A DNA stretch of 64,000 bases, from positions 564,447 through 628,446 of the forward strand of contig WELB01000030.1 of NCBI GenBank assembly GCA_009602725.1, read 5' to 3'. The DNA comes from Spirogloea muscicola (lineage: Eukaryota). Both the position numbers and the translations under genes were made by a program. The notes beneath the pieces were generated by a model. That model was not told the origin of the DNA and searched no databases. It saw nothing but the letters and a program-made list of their open reading frames with translations. Below, one piece after another: positions 10,513-25,136 of the stretch (its first letter is position 1; each line of letters opens with the position of its first letter).

Positions 10513-13343
10513 CTAATGATCGTCACGCATTGAGCCTCGAGGCGTGGCTGCGCAGCCTGTTGTGCGGTCATTGCGGCCTCTGCCAGCTCTATTGGCTTCA
10601 CTCCTCGCCTCTCCAAAAGAGGACATGAGATCCCTTGCCTGGTCGCCGCTGGTCCCGCCTAGCACACGCTCTGATCTCCCTCTGGAGGCCCTGAGTGCAG
10701 CCCGGCGGCGGGCGTGGGCCTCCTCATCAGCCTCCATGTCGGGGGCTCCGTCAAACTCGTGCAAGGCTGCCAGGTTGTCCTTGGCGCCATGCAGCTCATA
10801 GCGCCGCCGACTTCGGTGCGGCAGCACGCCCGTCAGGGGCGGGTACTCGCCCACCTCCTGGAAGGCTGCTGACAGTGGCTGCTGCTCCGATGGCCGCTTG
10901 TACGAGGAGGGCTCCTGCCACTGAGGCTGGACACTACCAGGTGCAACTGGAGTGCATCATCAGGCTACAGGATTCCATGCCACCAAGTTACTTACCAAGA
11001 ATGGTGCTCCAGCAGCGAGCTAGTTGTTTGCCAGCAATTATCGAGCAAGGGCCTCTGTGAAGTATTCATCAGCGAGAAGGCCGAGAGGTGACCCTTGATG
11101 TCCTTGTGTGGCCATGTTGTTGCCACAGGTGTTCTCAATAGTGGCGCAGTGAACATGCAGCAGATTGCTGTTTAGTGGCTGGCAGGTGCAGGTACCTGTA
11201 GAGCTCGCGCTCCATCAACACGTGCTGCTGCTGGTGGCCCCCCAAGGATGGCACTGGACCGGAATCCATGTACGGGCCGGATGCTGGTGCACTATATGTG
11301 GCGCCATGCGATGCCGCCACTGTTGCGGCCGGCAGCGCCTGTGTGTAACCTGGGGGCACCCAGATGCTCCCCAGCACCATCAGCTGCTGTGCCGCACCGC
11401 CACTCCCCGCGGTTGCCAGCGTCTGCAGCTGCAGAGACGGGCTCGGCCTCCGCGTATGCAGGCGATACTTCTGCGCCCGCAATGACAGAGGGCAGAATTC
11501 AGAGCTCGGAACTGCACCCAGGAGCAGGCGCATGGTGCCTTGGGCACCCGTGATTTTGCTGCATGTCTGGAAGCTGCCAGGGCACTGTTGAGATCATTGC
11601 GAGACAATGGAAGAGCAGGGCAATGGCTCCGCTTTTACCTGAAGGTGCGACTTGACCTCGTCATTTGTGAGCCCGTCCACCTTCATGAGCTCGCGTATGT
11701 GCTTTGGCGTTGCCACTGCACAGAGCCATTGGCACGCGCTGTGTATCAGTAGAGCACATCATTCTCCTGCATGGGTGAGTGGGGAGAAAGGGGGGGGGGG
11801 TGCAGTTAGGCTGCAACAGCACTGTGGGCCACCGATGCTCATGTTTGACCACGCACTGCGCGCTGATGTGGTGCTGCCTCCTTGGTTGCCTTTCACAGCA
11901 ACCCAGACATGCTCGAGATATTAAAAGATAGGGAAGGGGACATTGGAGGTTTACTGCGGGGCCCGCCAAGCTGCTTGAGCGCCTCCACAAAGCGGCGGTG
12001 CAGCTCCGGAGACCAGCACCGGCGTGCCTTGCGCTCCCGCGGGGACAGGTTCCCGCTGCCGGCACGCTCGAGGCTGTGCGAGCCACCATCGTGTCCCCGC
12101 ATGTCGTCAGAGCTCTCCCCTGAGCTCCTGTCGGGGGGACCCCTGCCGCGCTCGAGGACAACCCTTTCACCAGTATCCAGTGACGCCGACCTCTCCAGCT
12201 TATAACCCGTCGAGGCGCCAAAGCCCACGCCGCCATTGTGGCCGCGGATGCCGAGGGCAAGCTCCGTGGACGTTGGGGAAAAGTGCTGTAGGGAGGAGGG
12301 CCGCCTCGGTGGCTGTGACGGGGGACCATACACCTGCCCTGGGCTTGAGCTGGACCGGCTGAAGGGCGTGAAAGCACCGAGCGGCCGACGCTGAGCAGGG
12401 TGTGAGCCCCCCCCGCCGGTGGCATCACCACCTTCAAGGTGCACTTGAGCGTGTGCACCGTCGTCCGCAAGCTCCTGTGTTGCCTGCTGGCCGTCTGCCT
12501 GCAAGGATACCTGGAGCAGCCGCGTCAGTCTACCAACTGATAGATCTGGCAGGCATGCAGACATGACCGGCAGGAGAGCAAAGCCTTGCAAGGACGTGAT
12601 ACTTAAAGCCCATCAAAGTAGCTGAGCCGGCCCAGCAGGAGCAGGCGCAGCATCTTCTTCTGCAGAAAAAGAAGATGCTACTCCAACTACTGGCCCCTTA
12701 TCGCAATGTCCAAGTCGCGCCACTGCAGACGCGGCAGCCACCCGGCTCGTCCAGCAAGACGTGGACAATAGAAGCAGATTCGTGTTTCCATCTTGGAAGA
12801 TTGCTGCGCCAGGATGCCACGGATGCCTCACCTGCTGGCCTCCTGCCGCCAGCCATTGGTTCCAGAGCTGCGGCCCAACGTGCCACACTGGAGTCGGCGG
12901 CAGCTGCAGGCCCGGGAGATGGCTGCCGTCGCCCTTGGGGGCAGGCGATGCGGCTGCTGCCTGGCTGAACTGCAGCGGCTCTGCCGCGGCGCCACCGTGG
13001 CCGCCGGGCTCCTCCGGCGGGCACCTCGGCTCGGGCGCGGGCGCGGTATCGCCGCCACCGCCGCCGACGAGCGCGCTGCTCCTGCTGAAGACGGTCTGCA
13101 GCCGCCTCTTGGCCACAGCCACCGCTGCGCCAGACCCAATGCATGCCTCCGTGAGCGCGACAAGACCTACATGGCAGTTCTGGTCGTCGAGCACCGCAGA
13201 TGCGTGAGCACAGCGGAGGGGGCCCAACTCATACCTTCGTCGAGGAGGCCCATGCAGAGCGGGAGCTCGCGCTTGAAGGCCTCGATCTTGCGCCGCTCAT
13301 CCTGCAGCGCTCGCAGGTGCTCCTCCAGCTGCGCCGCCAGCAT
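10513..13343 (-). CDS. GARP/G2-like MYB transcription factor of the HRS1/NIGT1/HHO type
   Basis: It has the N-terminal [22 protein letters not shown] motif, a GARP domain [57 protein letters not shown] split over exons, and a downstream LGSIWVPP motif. The start codon and last exon are less certain. Confidence 0.88.
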
Positions 13344-13523
13344 GCGCCCCCCGGCCGCCCCGGGCGCGTCACGGGGCACCGCCGCCGCCGCCGAATGCCC
13401 GCACGGCCGCCGCGGCGCGCATCCGGCCGCGGCGCAGCAGTCGAGGCTGCCTCGAGCAGCTAGCCGCCATGCTGCATTGGCGCGCCTCAGCCCAGCGCGC
13501 CGCGCAGATGCCAGCGATGGACC

Positions 13524-15199
13524 ATGCGCCGCGGCGCCAGCAACCGGCTTTCAGGCGGCCGCGCCGCCGCCGCCGCCGCCGCCGCCGCGCCCAAGTGGTG
13601 AGAGCCGCCGCTGCCGGCGCTCCCTGAGACGGCTCCTCATGACCGTGTCAACGGCTTGCCTCCGCCAGGCTGCGGCAGCGACGGCAGCAACCCCTCTAAA
13701 ACCCTTAGCTCCAAAAACTCACAGAGTCTGCACCTCGACTTGTACCCTAGCCCTCAGCTTGGCGCACCCGACCAGCAACTGAGGCCCTCGTTGGTGCGCT
13801 ACTCGATCCCCATGATAAATGGCGTAAGAGCAGATGAATGCCGCTAATGATGTCAAACCAGCGGCTGACAAAGCCAGCCAGGTGCATACAGAGGGTGTTA
13901 GTGAATCTGTTAGCGGAGCCACAGGCTACGCAGGTGTAGCTCAGGGTCTGTCGTTTCGGTGGCGACCAAGATGAGTCTGCACCGGTGCCCACAACCCACA
14001 GTCGCCACCGCCGTCCTCAATCGTGGGCGAGGCAGATGTCAGCCTCCATTGCAAGCCGAGTCACGTCTTGAGCAGCTTACAGTTGAGCTCGTTGCCGTTG
14101 GCATTGCTTGCCAGCGCCCTCACATGGGTGCGGCGCGGCAGTGCAGCACGGTGATCGTGGAGGCTGACCCGCAGCCGGGTGCGTTGTCCGGCCGCATGTC
14201 CTTCCAGAGCTTCAACCCCGTGGTGGAGGTAAGCCTGTGGTACTGGCGGCCCTGCCTTGCCATGCGTAAGGCTGCTGGACCTCCATGGCTGCTGCACTTA
14301 GTTGCAGCTGGGGTGGCGCACTCTCTTGCCTGCATCGTGCCGCCACACATGGCCACTAGAACATGTTGCTCTGCTCTTTCCAACTGAAATACTGACAATA
14401 TATACGGTGTACCCGGGCTCACAGAAGTACGCCGCGGAAGTCGAGGCCGGGCTTGAGAAGCGGTTGGCTGCAAAGCGAGCCAGCAGCCAAGCCAGCACCC
14501 ACGTGCCTGAGGATGGAAAGCGCCAGAGGCATGAAGATGCACTCTACTTGCTTGCTCCTGCCCAATCAACAAAAAATCATAAGTGTTGCTTATAAAGCGT
14601 TGCTTTTGTATTTCAATCTCCAAAAAAAATTTGCATGACGGTCTGCTAATGCTATAGGCGTGTACCTTACTGGCCAGCTGCTTACTCCCTAAAGGCGACA
14701 TGAAGTATCGTACCCCTCAACTTTGCTGTAGTGCCGCCTTTACATTCTGAGCTCGTTTGACGTTGCCTTATTGCAATCAACATCAGCATATCAGTAGTGA
14801 AGGTTACTTGGGGTGGCTCCTTGCAGGATGAGAGAGTCGCCGGTGGCTGCAGTGGAGGCAACTTCAAGTGGAGTACACGAAGGGGATGATGCCACTGCTG
14901 GGCGGGAGCAAAAGCGGCAGCGTGCTGAAAATGGAGGGCCACGGAGTCAGCCGGAGGGGCTGACCTCGCAGCAAAGACGGCTCAAGGCTGGCGCACCAGA
15001 AACCGCACAGGAGGGCGCAAGTGCGTCAAGAACTACGGAGCTTGCGAGAGACGGGAGGGAGGGCATGCTGGGTGACGGCCAAGCCGATGGGCGAGAGAGA
15101 GCTTCCATACCTCGCAGGGCCGGTGAGGCCGGTAGGAAGGGCGGCAGAGGGCCTCGTCTCGATTGGCGAGTGCTAAGACCAGGCGGACGGGTGCCGTAA
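13524..15199 (+). CDS. MPP6: M-phase phosphoprotein 6 (nuclear exosome cofactor) homolog; exons approx 13524-13597, 14147-14228, 14425-14462 (or 14528), 14827-15199; 5' end probably incomplete
   Basis: The spliced KCTVIVEADPQPGALSGRMSFQSFNPVVE matches the plant MPP6 core (KCVVIMEGDPHPGA..GRMSFQSFNP). The C-terminal RLDWRVLRP matches the plant KLDWxVLRP motif. Confidence 0.75.
13850..13933 (+). repeat. Short dispersed intronic repeat, copy A
   Basis: Aligns with 53221-53334 and shares an identical 26-mer, agccagccaggtgcatacagagggtg, with 55908-55933. Confidence 0.8.
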
Positions 15200-16289
15200 C
15201 TGGCAGTTACAAAGCCAGATCTCTGATCCTTGATAATCTAGAGGCAGGACGAGTCATTGCCTTAGAAGGGCCACTTACTGCCGCCATTAAAGGGCATTGT
15301 ATCATAGAACCTCATTCTGTCAGGGAGGCAATTGTATGTTGCGCGTTTGCTCTTGTTCTTAAAAAGCTGCCGCAGGAGAGGGTGCAAGCTGTTATCGCAT
15401 GCGAAAGCTGGCCATGTAGTTCGGCTATGAGTGATGGTCTGGAGTTTGCGATGCCGGGACAGCACAATCAGCATTAGTCAGCACAATCTCTGAAGCCCAC
15501 TTGTTAAGCAAGCAATCAAAGTGGGCATGTGCTGTCCTGTCATGATCTCACTGAGTGGTTGACTGCAGCAATTGAAAATATGACTTGCAGAGCTACCTGC
15601 CGTGTTTTGGCCATGCTTGTGCCATGACTTGAGGTCCACCTCCATGGAGTATTCTTCCACATCCTATACAGTACCTCAACTTCGTGCATGTTGCTCTCAA
15701 AGAGGCTTCAGGTTGACTTGCACTTTTGTTGCCTCTGTAAGCAACTGCTGTCAGAGTAGTGGGCCATACAGAGAAGATGCTCCGTAGCAGCACTGAGATA
15801 ATTATCCGCACGTTTTGCATCCAGAAGTAGCTTCAGAACTACAGTCGGTAGGTTTATGAGTCATCCACCAGCGCAGTAGCATAACTCGTGTTTGCATGCC
15901 ATAGCCATTATCGAGAATGTGCTGCTGACGTGAATGTGGTTGTGCTGAGCTTGGCATGCATGCATGGTTGTCATCACTGGGCAGATGCTATGTAGCATGC
16001 TTCATAGTACATGTGGTATTGCTGTTAAAAGGGCAGCTATTACAATTTCATGTGATGGCTGCCCTGGCTTGAAGTTTACTTGTGATAGGATTATCCGTTA
16101 CACAAGCCTTGCATACAGCACAGACAGCTGCTTGTAGTGGTGAACATTGAGGAGGATACGAGTGCTATTATGTAAATGAATGAATCTGACCCCCTAGATC
16201 ATGCTTGGAAGTGGATTTACCCCTGAATTTTGAGAGGATGATCAGCTTCTCTGGATAATGATTTGAAAATGTGANATCTGGCCAGCCTG

Positions 16290-19077
<2,788 letters not shown>

Positions 19078-19677
19078 GTCGCCACCATAACGGCGAGCAT
19101 GTCCTGACAACCCTTACAGTGCTTTTTGCGGGCAGGAGTATGCCACAAGCGCGGTAGGTAGCCAGGTTTGATCGACAAGTAGCATGCAGGACCACTCTAG
19201 AGCTTACTTAGGATGAACAACCGTGTAGCTGTGCTTTGTACAACAGACGCGCGAATGCTCGCAAGTAGCGTCTCTGCAGCTCGCTGCACCCTGTTGATGT
19301 CTTCAGCAGGCGGCCATGTTGCCGGCAGCCGATACAAGGCCATGTGACCTAGCTAGCAAGGTCAAGGACCTTCCTCTCACTGTGCCAAGCTCACTGTGTT
19401 TCAGCCCACCAGGTGGCACGGCTGTCAAATGGGCGACAGGATCATCGCGCTGCAGTGGAGTGATATGTTAGCGGGCAGTGCTGAAAGCACTTTGCTCTAC
19501 AATCATATGTCGCTGTGAAATGTACAGGCAGGCGCACAGAGGTTGCCATTGGCGCGATAATAGATGCAGGCAGAAGTTGCACTCTGAAAGTAATGAGTAA
19601 AATGATATATCGGATGACGCGGGCGCTGCAAGCGCCACACTAGTCAAGCTCCACCTCACAGTGTGCGCATAAGTTTG

Positions 19678-20998
19678 TCACTTGCTGGCTTTGCCACGGG
19701 GCCGGGGGTTGGGCTTGAAGAGCTGCCGCACACCGTCCCAAGGTGATATGTTCCAGCTCTCGACATGCCTGCAGGCATGCAAAGAACCATAGATGGCAAC
19801 CGTGTCAGCCTCTCGGTGAGGCGAGCACCTATGGCTTGCAGGGGCAGCGCATGCGCGAGAGCTGAGAAGCTGTGGCATACAGAAGCAATGAGGGCTGTGC
19901 AATACGCACTTGTAGATCTTCCCGCTGTCCATGTCAAAGTAGTGCTTCGTGCTCCCAGATGCTGAGATGCGGCGCAGCAAGAAGTCAACCGCGCAGGCTG
20001 CGCAAGCGGCCGCACGTGACTGACAAGAACAGCTTGATCACGCAGAAGACAAGCAGCTGACCCAGCTGCCGTCCTGACTTGGCGGCGCCTCTGCACGGTT
20101 GCTCACCAGCGAGGATCGGGCGCCACGGAAGGCCAAGTGTGCAGCGGAAGCGCCACTTGGTGGTGATAGTGTCCTGGGCAAACGATGGCCGCGGCATGAG
20201 GCCATGGAGAGTAGTGCCAGAGGAGCCTCCACATACGCTGGCTCGCACCAGATAATCCACAGCACGGCGGAGGCAATGCCGGCCAAGTCATCAGCTGGAC
20301 GACACCGCTGCAGCGTTCAGCTGAGGAGCGCGCTCAGTCTACCTCAGTCTCCTGCCAGTCGAGCACGGCGAGGTCGACCTCCTCCATGAACGACCCGAGG
20401 TTGGACACGTTCTGCTTGAAGCGCCGGCGGCCGCGGAAGCTCACGAACGGGTCTGCGAACTCGCACTGGTCCTCATAGATGCCCATCGTCATGTCTCCTG
20501 CGCTTCCACCGGCGCAGGCGGCGGTCCCGTCATCGGGGAGCCTGGCCCGGGAAGCGCTGCACTTTTGGGCGCCCACTTGGCGATCACAAGCTCTTCAGCG
20601 GCGGCGCTCACTGGCGCCAGTGCCGGCGCCGCCACGTTGGCCACGACAGCAGTGGCTGTGGCGGCCGCGGCGGCGGAGAGCGCGGACCTGTGACGAAGTA
20701 CGTGTGGTCGTAGTCGCGGCGGAGGAGGCGCTTGGCGTCGTCGCGCGTGAGCGGCGACGGCACGCCGGCGTCGTATTCGCCGCCGTCGCCGGCGTCGGCG
20801 CTCCGCGGCCGCAGCGCCGCCACGGCCTTGCCCAGGGCCTCGGAGCCGTACCAGGCGACGCGCGCCAGTGGGCCCGCCTCCGCCGTCGGCGGCGTCCGCT
20901 CTGACCGCTGCCGCTGCTCCTCCTGCTGCGCCGCGAGCGCGATGGCGCCGCCGTTTCCGCCGCCGCCGCCGCTCCGCCGCCCGGAGATCGGCACGGGC
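19678..20998 (-). CDS. DUF2358 / NTF2-like (SnoaL-fold) protein, 5' end in the N-gap
   Basis: Exons read ARVAWYGSEALG..RRDYDHTYFVTG / DMTMGIYEDQCEFADPFVSFRGRRRFKQNVSNLG / ITTKWRFRCTLGLPWRPIL / ASGSTKHYFD / HVESWNISPWDGVRQLFKP. Confidence 0.85.
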
Positions 20999-21548
20999 NN
21001 NNNNNNNNNNNNNNNNNNNNNNNNNNNNNNNNNNNNNNNNNNNNNNNNNNNNNNNNNNNNNNNNNNNNNNNNNNNNNNNNNNNNNNNNNNNNNNNNNNNN
21101 NNNNNNNNNNNNNNNNNNNNNNNNNNNNNNNNNNNNNNNNNNNNNNNNNNNNNNNNNNNNNNNNNNNNNNNNNNNNNNNNNNNNNNNNNNNNNNNNNNNN
21201 NNNNNNNNNNNNNNNNNNNNNNNNNNNNNNNNNNNNNNNNNNNNNNNNNNNNNNNNNNNNNNNNNNNNNNNNNNNNNNNNNNNNNNNNNNNNNNNNNNNN
21301 NNNNNNNNNNNNNNNNNNNNNNNNNNNNNNNNNNNNNNNNNNNNNNNNNNNNNNNNNNNNNNNNNNNNNNNNNNNNNNNNNNNNNNNNNNNNNNNNNNNN
21401 NNNNNNNNNNNNNNNNNNNNNNNNNNNNNNNNNNNNNNNNNNNNNNNNNNNNNNNNNNNNNNNNNNNNNNNNNNNNNNNNNNNNNNNNNNNNNNNNNNNN
21501 NNNNNNNNNNNNNNNNNNNNNNNNNNNNNNNNNNNNNNNNNNNNNNNN
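20999..21548. other. Assembly gap (N-run) covering the shared 5' region of the DUF2358 and TBP genes
   Basis: A run of n. Similar gaps occur at 26122-26393 and 55143-55344, all next to GC-rich gene starts. Confidence 0.99.
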
Positions 21549-23466
21549 CGCTGCCGTCGCCGCCGCCGCCGCCGGCGGAGGGCCTGGCGCCGGGCCGCTG
21601 CTGGAGGCCGACGCCGCGGAGCCCGTGGACCTGGCGAAGCACCCCTCGGGCATCATCCCCACGCTCCAGTGGGTCGCCGGCTGCCGCACAAACCGCCGCC
21701 GCCTCCGCCGCCGCCGCCGCCGCCGCCGCCGCTGCTGTCGACGCCTCCGCCGCTGCCGCCGCCAGAGGCTTCACAGCCGAATCTGTGAGACCTGCGTGTG
21801 GCCTGGGCTGCGCCCTGCGGAGAGCATGCTAGTCCTTGACCAACTCTCGCCTGTCACTGCGGCCCGCGGCCGACAGGAACATCGTGGCGACCGTGAACAT
21901 GGACTGCAAGCTCGACCTCAAGCACATCGCGCTGCATGCCCGCAACGCCGAGTACAACCCCAAGGTGGGCCCCGGCATGCCGACAGACCCCATGGCTCGC
22001 AGCTTTGTTGCAACGGCTGAATGTCGCTTGCGCATGCATTGATTCGGGTTTGTGATTCGAGGAGTCGGGTGTCGGGAACCTCGGTCGCCACACTGTGAGG
22101 TTCCCTCTTCCCGCACTCTCGAGCTCTGACACGGCACCATCGACTGACACCTGCGTGTGGTGACACCGCTGCAGCGATTCGCGGCCGTCATCATCCGAAT
22201 ACGGGACCCCAAGACGACCGCCCTCATCTTTGCCTCGGGCAAGATGGTGAGCATGCCATTTTCCGGCAGAGGCTGGTCGACTGTGCTCATTCGCGCCAGA
22301 CTTTGCTGAATGCTATCGCATTCATCGTGCTCCTTTGAAGTTTGGCCGTATTCATGACGGGGTGCATTTACATGATTTGGTCGCCTGACGTGGCCACATG
22401 TGCTTACTCAGGTTTGCACGGGCGCAAAGAGCGAGCATGCGTCACGGCTTGCAGCCCGCAAGGTACGTCGCTGGTGTTAAGGGCGGGTGGCAAGCCATTC
22501 AGCCACTTGTGCCGGCTGGAATCAACAGCGCAAGAAGCAGGCGCCTGGCATGCCATTGACCACCAGTTACTCACCATCCTTCTCTTTCTTCACCTGCAGT
22601 ATGCCAGAATCGTGCAGAAACTGGGATTTGATGCCAAATTCAAGGTCAGTCCTATTGCTTTCAGCCAGCCCTGGCTCGTCCCAAGTACAGGACTTGCTCT
22701 TACCCAGCATGTTCATTCCGACTTTGCTCCATTGCCATTCCTCGACAGGAGATACATCACTCTTTCTGTTGAGGCCCATGCCTGACTGCTTGGATTCCCC
22801 GTCTCTGTTACCACCAGGACTTCAAAATCCAGAACATTGTCGGCTCCTGCGATGTGAAGTTCCCCATCAGACTGGAGGGTCTCTCCTACACACACAGCCA
22901 TTTCTCCAGCGTAGGCTTAAGAGCCTTCTGTCGTCCCTTGAGTGGCAGAGCTTGGCTCAAAGATACATCAGTGCTGCATACAGTCATGTGGGCTGTCTTT
23001 TCAATTTTCCATTGTTATGTAGCACGTGCAGCTGGTAAGTGCCCAAGCTCTTGGCATGCTTCGTCCTGTCGGGTGCAGACCTAAGCTGACTCCAGCTCCG
23101 ATGCTGTGCCTGCAGTACGAGCCCGAATTGTTCCCAGGCCTCATATACAGGATGAAGCAACCCAAAATCGTCCTCCTGATATTTGTGTCCGGAAAGATAG
23201 TCCTCACAGGCGCTAAGGTCTTGAAATCCCTCAAAGCACGCTCTTGAAATTGGTTCAGTCATTGCTATGAGGCTCTGGAATCGTATCATGACTGTTCTTT
23301 GCCCTTGGAGTCGTTGTCTCATGGTCTATCCTCCTCGACTGTTGTTCCTGCCATTATCTGCCCACTCAATCTGCTATGTCTGGCGGTGCAGGTGAGGGAT
23401 GAAATCTATGCGGCCTTTGAGCTCATTTACCCGGTGCTTACAGAATTTAGGAAAGTGCAACAGTAG
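21549..23466 (+). CDS. TBP: TATA-box binding protein, 8 visible exons, start in the gap
   Basis: Exons read [76 protein letters not shown]../[10 protein letters not shown]../[22 protein letters not shown]../[58 protein letters not shown]. Confidence 0.97.
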
Positions 23467-24094
23467 GTGCCGTGCAGCCAAGCCAGTTCGTCTTTGCTTT
23501 GTCCCTCTGTTTCCTCAATAAAGAGGGAGCATCATACTGACTTCATTCTTTTACCAACCCAAGACCTTATGTCCATATATATCCGCATGCCGTCACAGAT
23601 GCATGCAGCCTTAGCAGTGGGCATTTCTATGCTCTTTGTCACGCGCTTGTCAATACTCAGGGGTGGTCAGAAAAGTATCAGCAGTCCCAGTGTTGTGGAC
23701 CTCACTCTGAAGAAGCCAGGCAGTGGCAAAGCCATAGATTTTGGGCTTGGTTAGGACTGGCACACCATGACACACCATGAGTATGTTGCAGCAGTGCTAC
23801 CAGGTGGCTGCCAAGAGCGTCAGCCAGGAACCTGCGCAGCTCTAGCCGGCTGAGACCTGTCATGCCGCCCAGGTGGCATCACCTTGTCGAACATGCAGGC
23901 ACTGCTCCTGACTGCTCAAATGAGTCCAGTCGATCTTACAACTGCACTTTCCCTTCTCCTTAGGAGTGCTAGAGTGGAACACTGATAGACAGGTCTAAGA
24001 CTTAGGGAATTCCAGCTCTCGCCAGCTTGATCCTGCGCTTTGTGTGACACCGTAATCTGCTCTGTGTTGGCCCTTTGAATGTGTGGTGTATTGT

Positions 24095-24790
24095 CTCGTC
24101 TTGGCCTCCCTTTTCGATGCATGCGCACTGCGCGCCTCTTCTCCGCCTTGGGCTGGCCTTTCACAGCCATCACTTCCTACGGAGGATCTCTTGGCTTCGG
24201 CTTTGCTCCTTTTCACAGCCCTCACGCCTTCTGGACGAGCTGCTTCTTCTCCTCGCCACCAGCTTCGGTGGCGGTGCTCCAGCTCCCCAAGAGAGCCTAC
24301 TGTGCTTTTGTTTGTATGTACTCACTCGTGGGTACTGAAGGCCCCTTTCCAAGCACTTTCCGCACTATTGTCCTAGCCCTCCTCAGCATAGGGCTTGGCT
24401 TTGTGTAGCCCCACTCTTTGCTTGGTCGTTTCATTTGGGCTGGCCTCTCACAGCCATCGCCTTCCTTCCTTGGCAAGAGCGACCTCTCTTTTGCACCAGC
24501 TTTGCCTAAGTGTGTTCTGGTTTGCGTTGGCCTCCGTCTCATGACAAAAAGCACCGCGTGCCTTCTCATTCCTCTCAGGCTGGCCTCAGCCATTGCCTTG
24601 CACTGGGAAAGAGCTGTTTCTCCCTCTTGGTGGGTCCAGCGTGAAGGGGGGAGAGAGGGAGAGCGAGAGAGAGAGAGCGAGAGAGTGAGAACCCTTTCGA
24701 ACTTCATCTGTTTCTCTTTCTGGGCTGGCCTCTCCCAGCCACCGCCCTCTCCTGGAAGCGTCTTTCTCCCTCCCAGGAGCCTTACATCTG
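24095..24790 (+). repeat. Degenerate array of modules carrying the mini-hairpin GGGCTGGCYTYTCACAGCC
   Basis: Clear copies at 24150, 24437 and 24722, and degenerate copies near 24210, 24391 and 24578. Most are followed by a similar gcc..tggraagagc..ttctc tail. A (GA)n tract lies at about 24650-24686. Confidence 0.75.
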
Positions 24791-24889
24791 CATGCTGGCC
24801 GTGCTCTCGCTGCGGCCTCCGGCTTTCGTCAGGGGGATAGTTTTCCGGCAGTTACTCTGTCGGGATTTGAGGCTCCACACTCGTAACTA

Positions 24890-25028
24890 CTGAGCGGTCC
24901 ATCGAGGAAAGTGCTCGCCCATTCAGTATAGGGGCTGGAAAAGCCAGCCCAAAAGAAATGAATGAGTACGTGAAGGGGCGCTAAGGAAACAAGCACAAGA
25001 AGAAACAAAGCAGCTACGAATCACTCAG
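24890..25028. mobile_element. Putative 139-bp MITE with imperfect 11-bp TIRs and a TA target duplication
   Basis: Structure is ta|ctgagcggtcc ... gaatcactcag|ta. The internal part is homologous to 25337-25446. Confidence 0.5.
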
Positions 25029-25136
25029 TAACCCCTGCTAAGCAGCCGCAGAGCAGAGATGCTAGGCTCCTGGAAGTGGGTCCCCTGGCCAGAGCCAGAG
25101 GCAGCAGCCAGGGGCCTGCCGGCACGAAGGTGCAGG

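Noticed and set aside
24150..24740. CRISPR-like array
   Set aside because: The context is eukaryotic, the repeats are degenerate and in mixed orientation, the spacers are far too long and partly homologous, and there are no cas genes.
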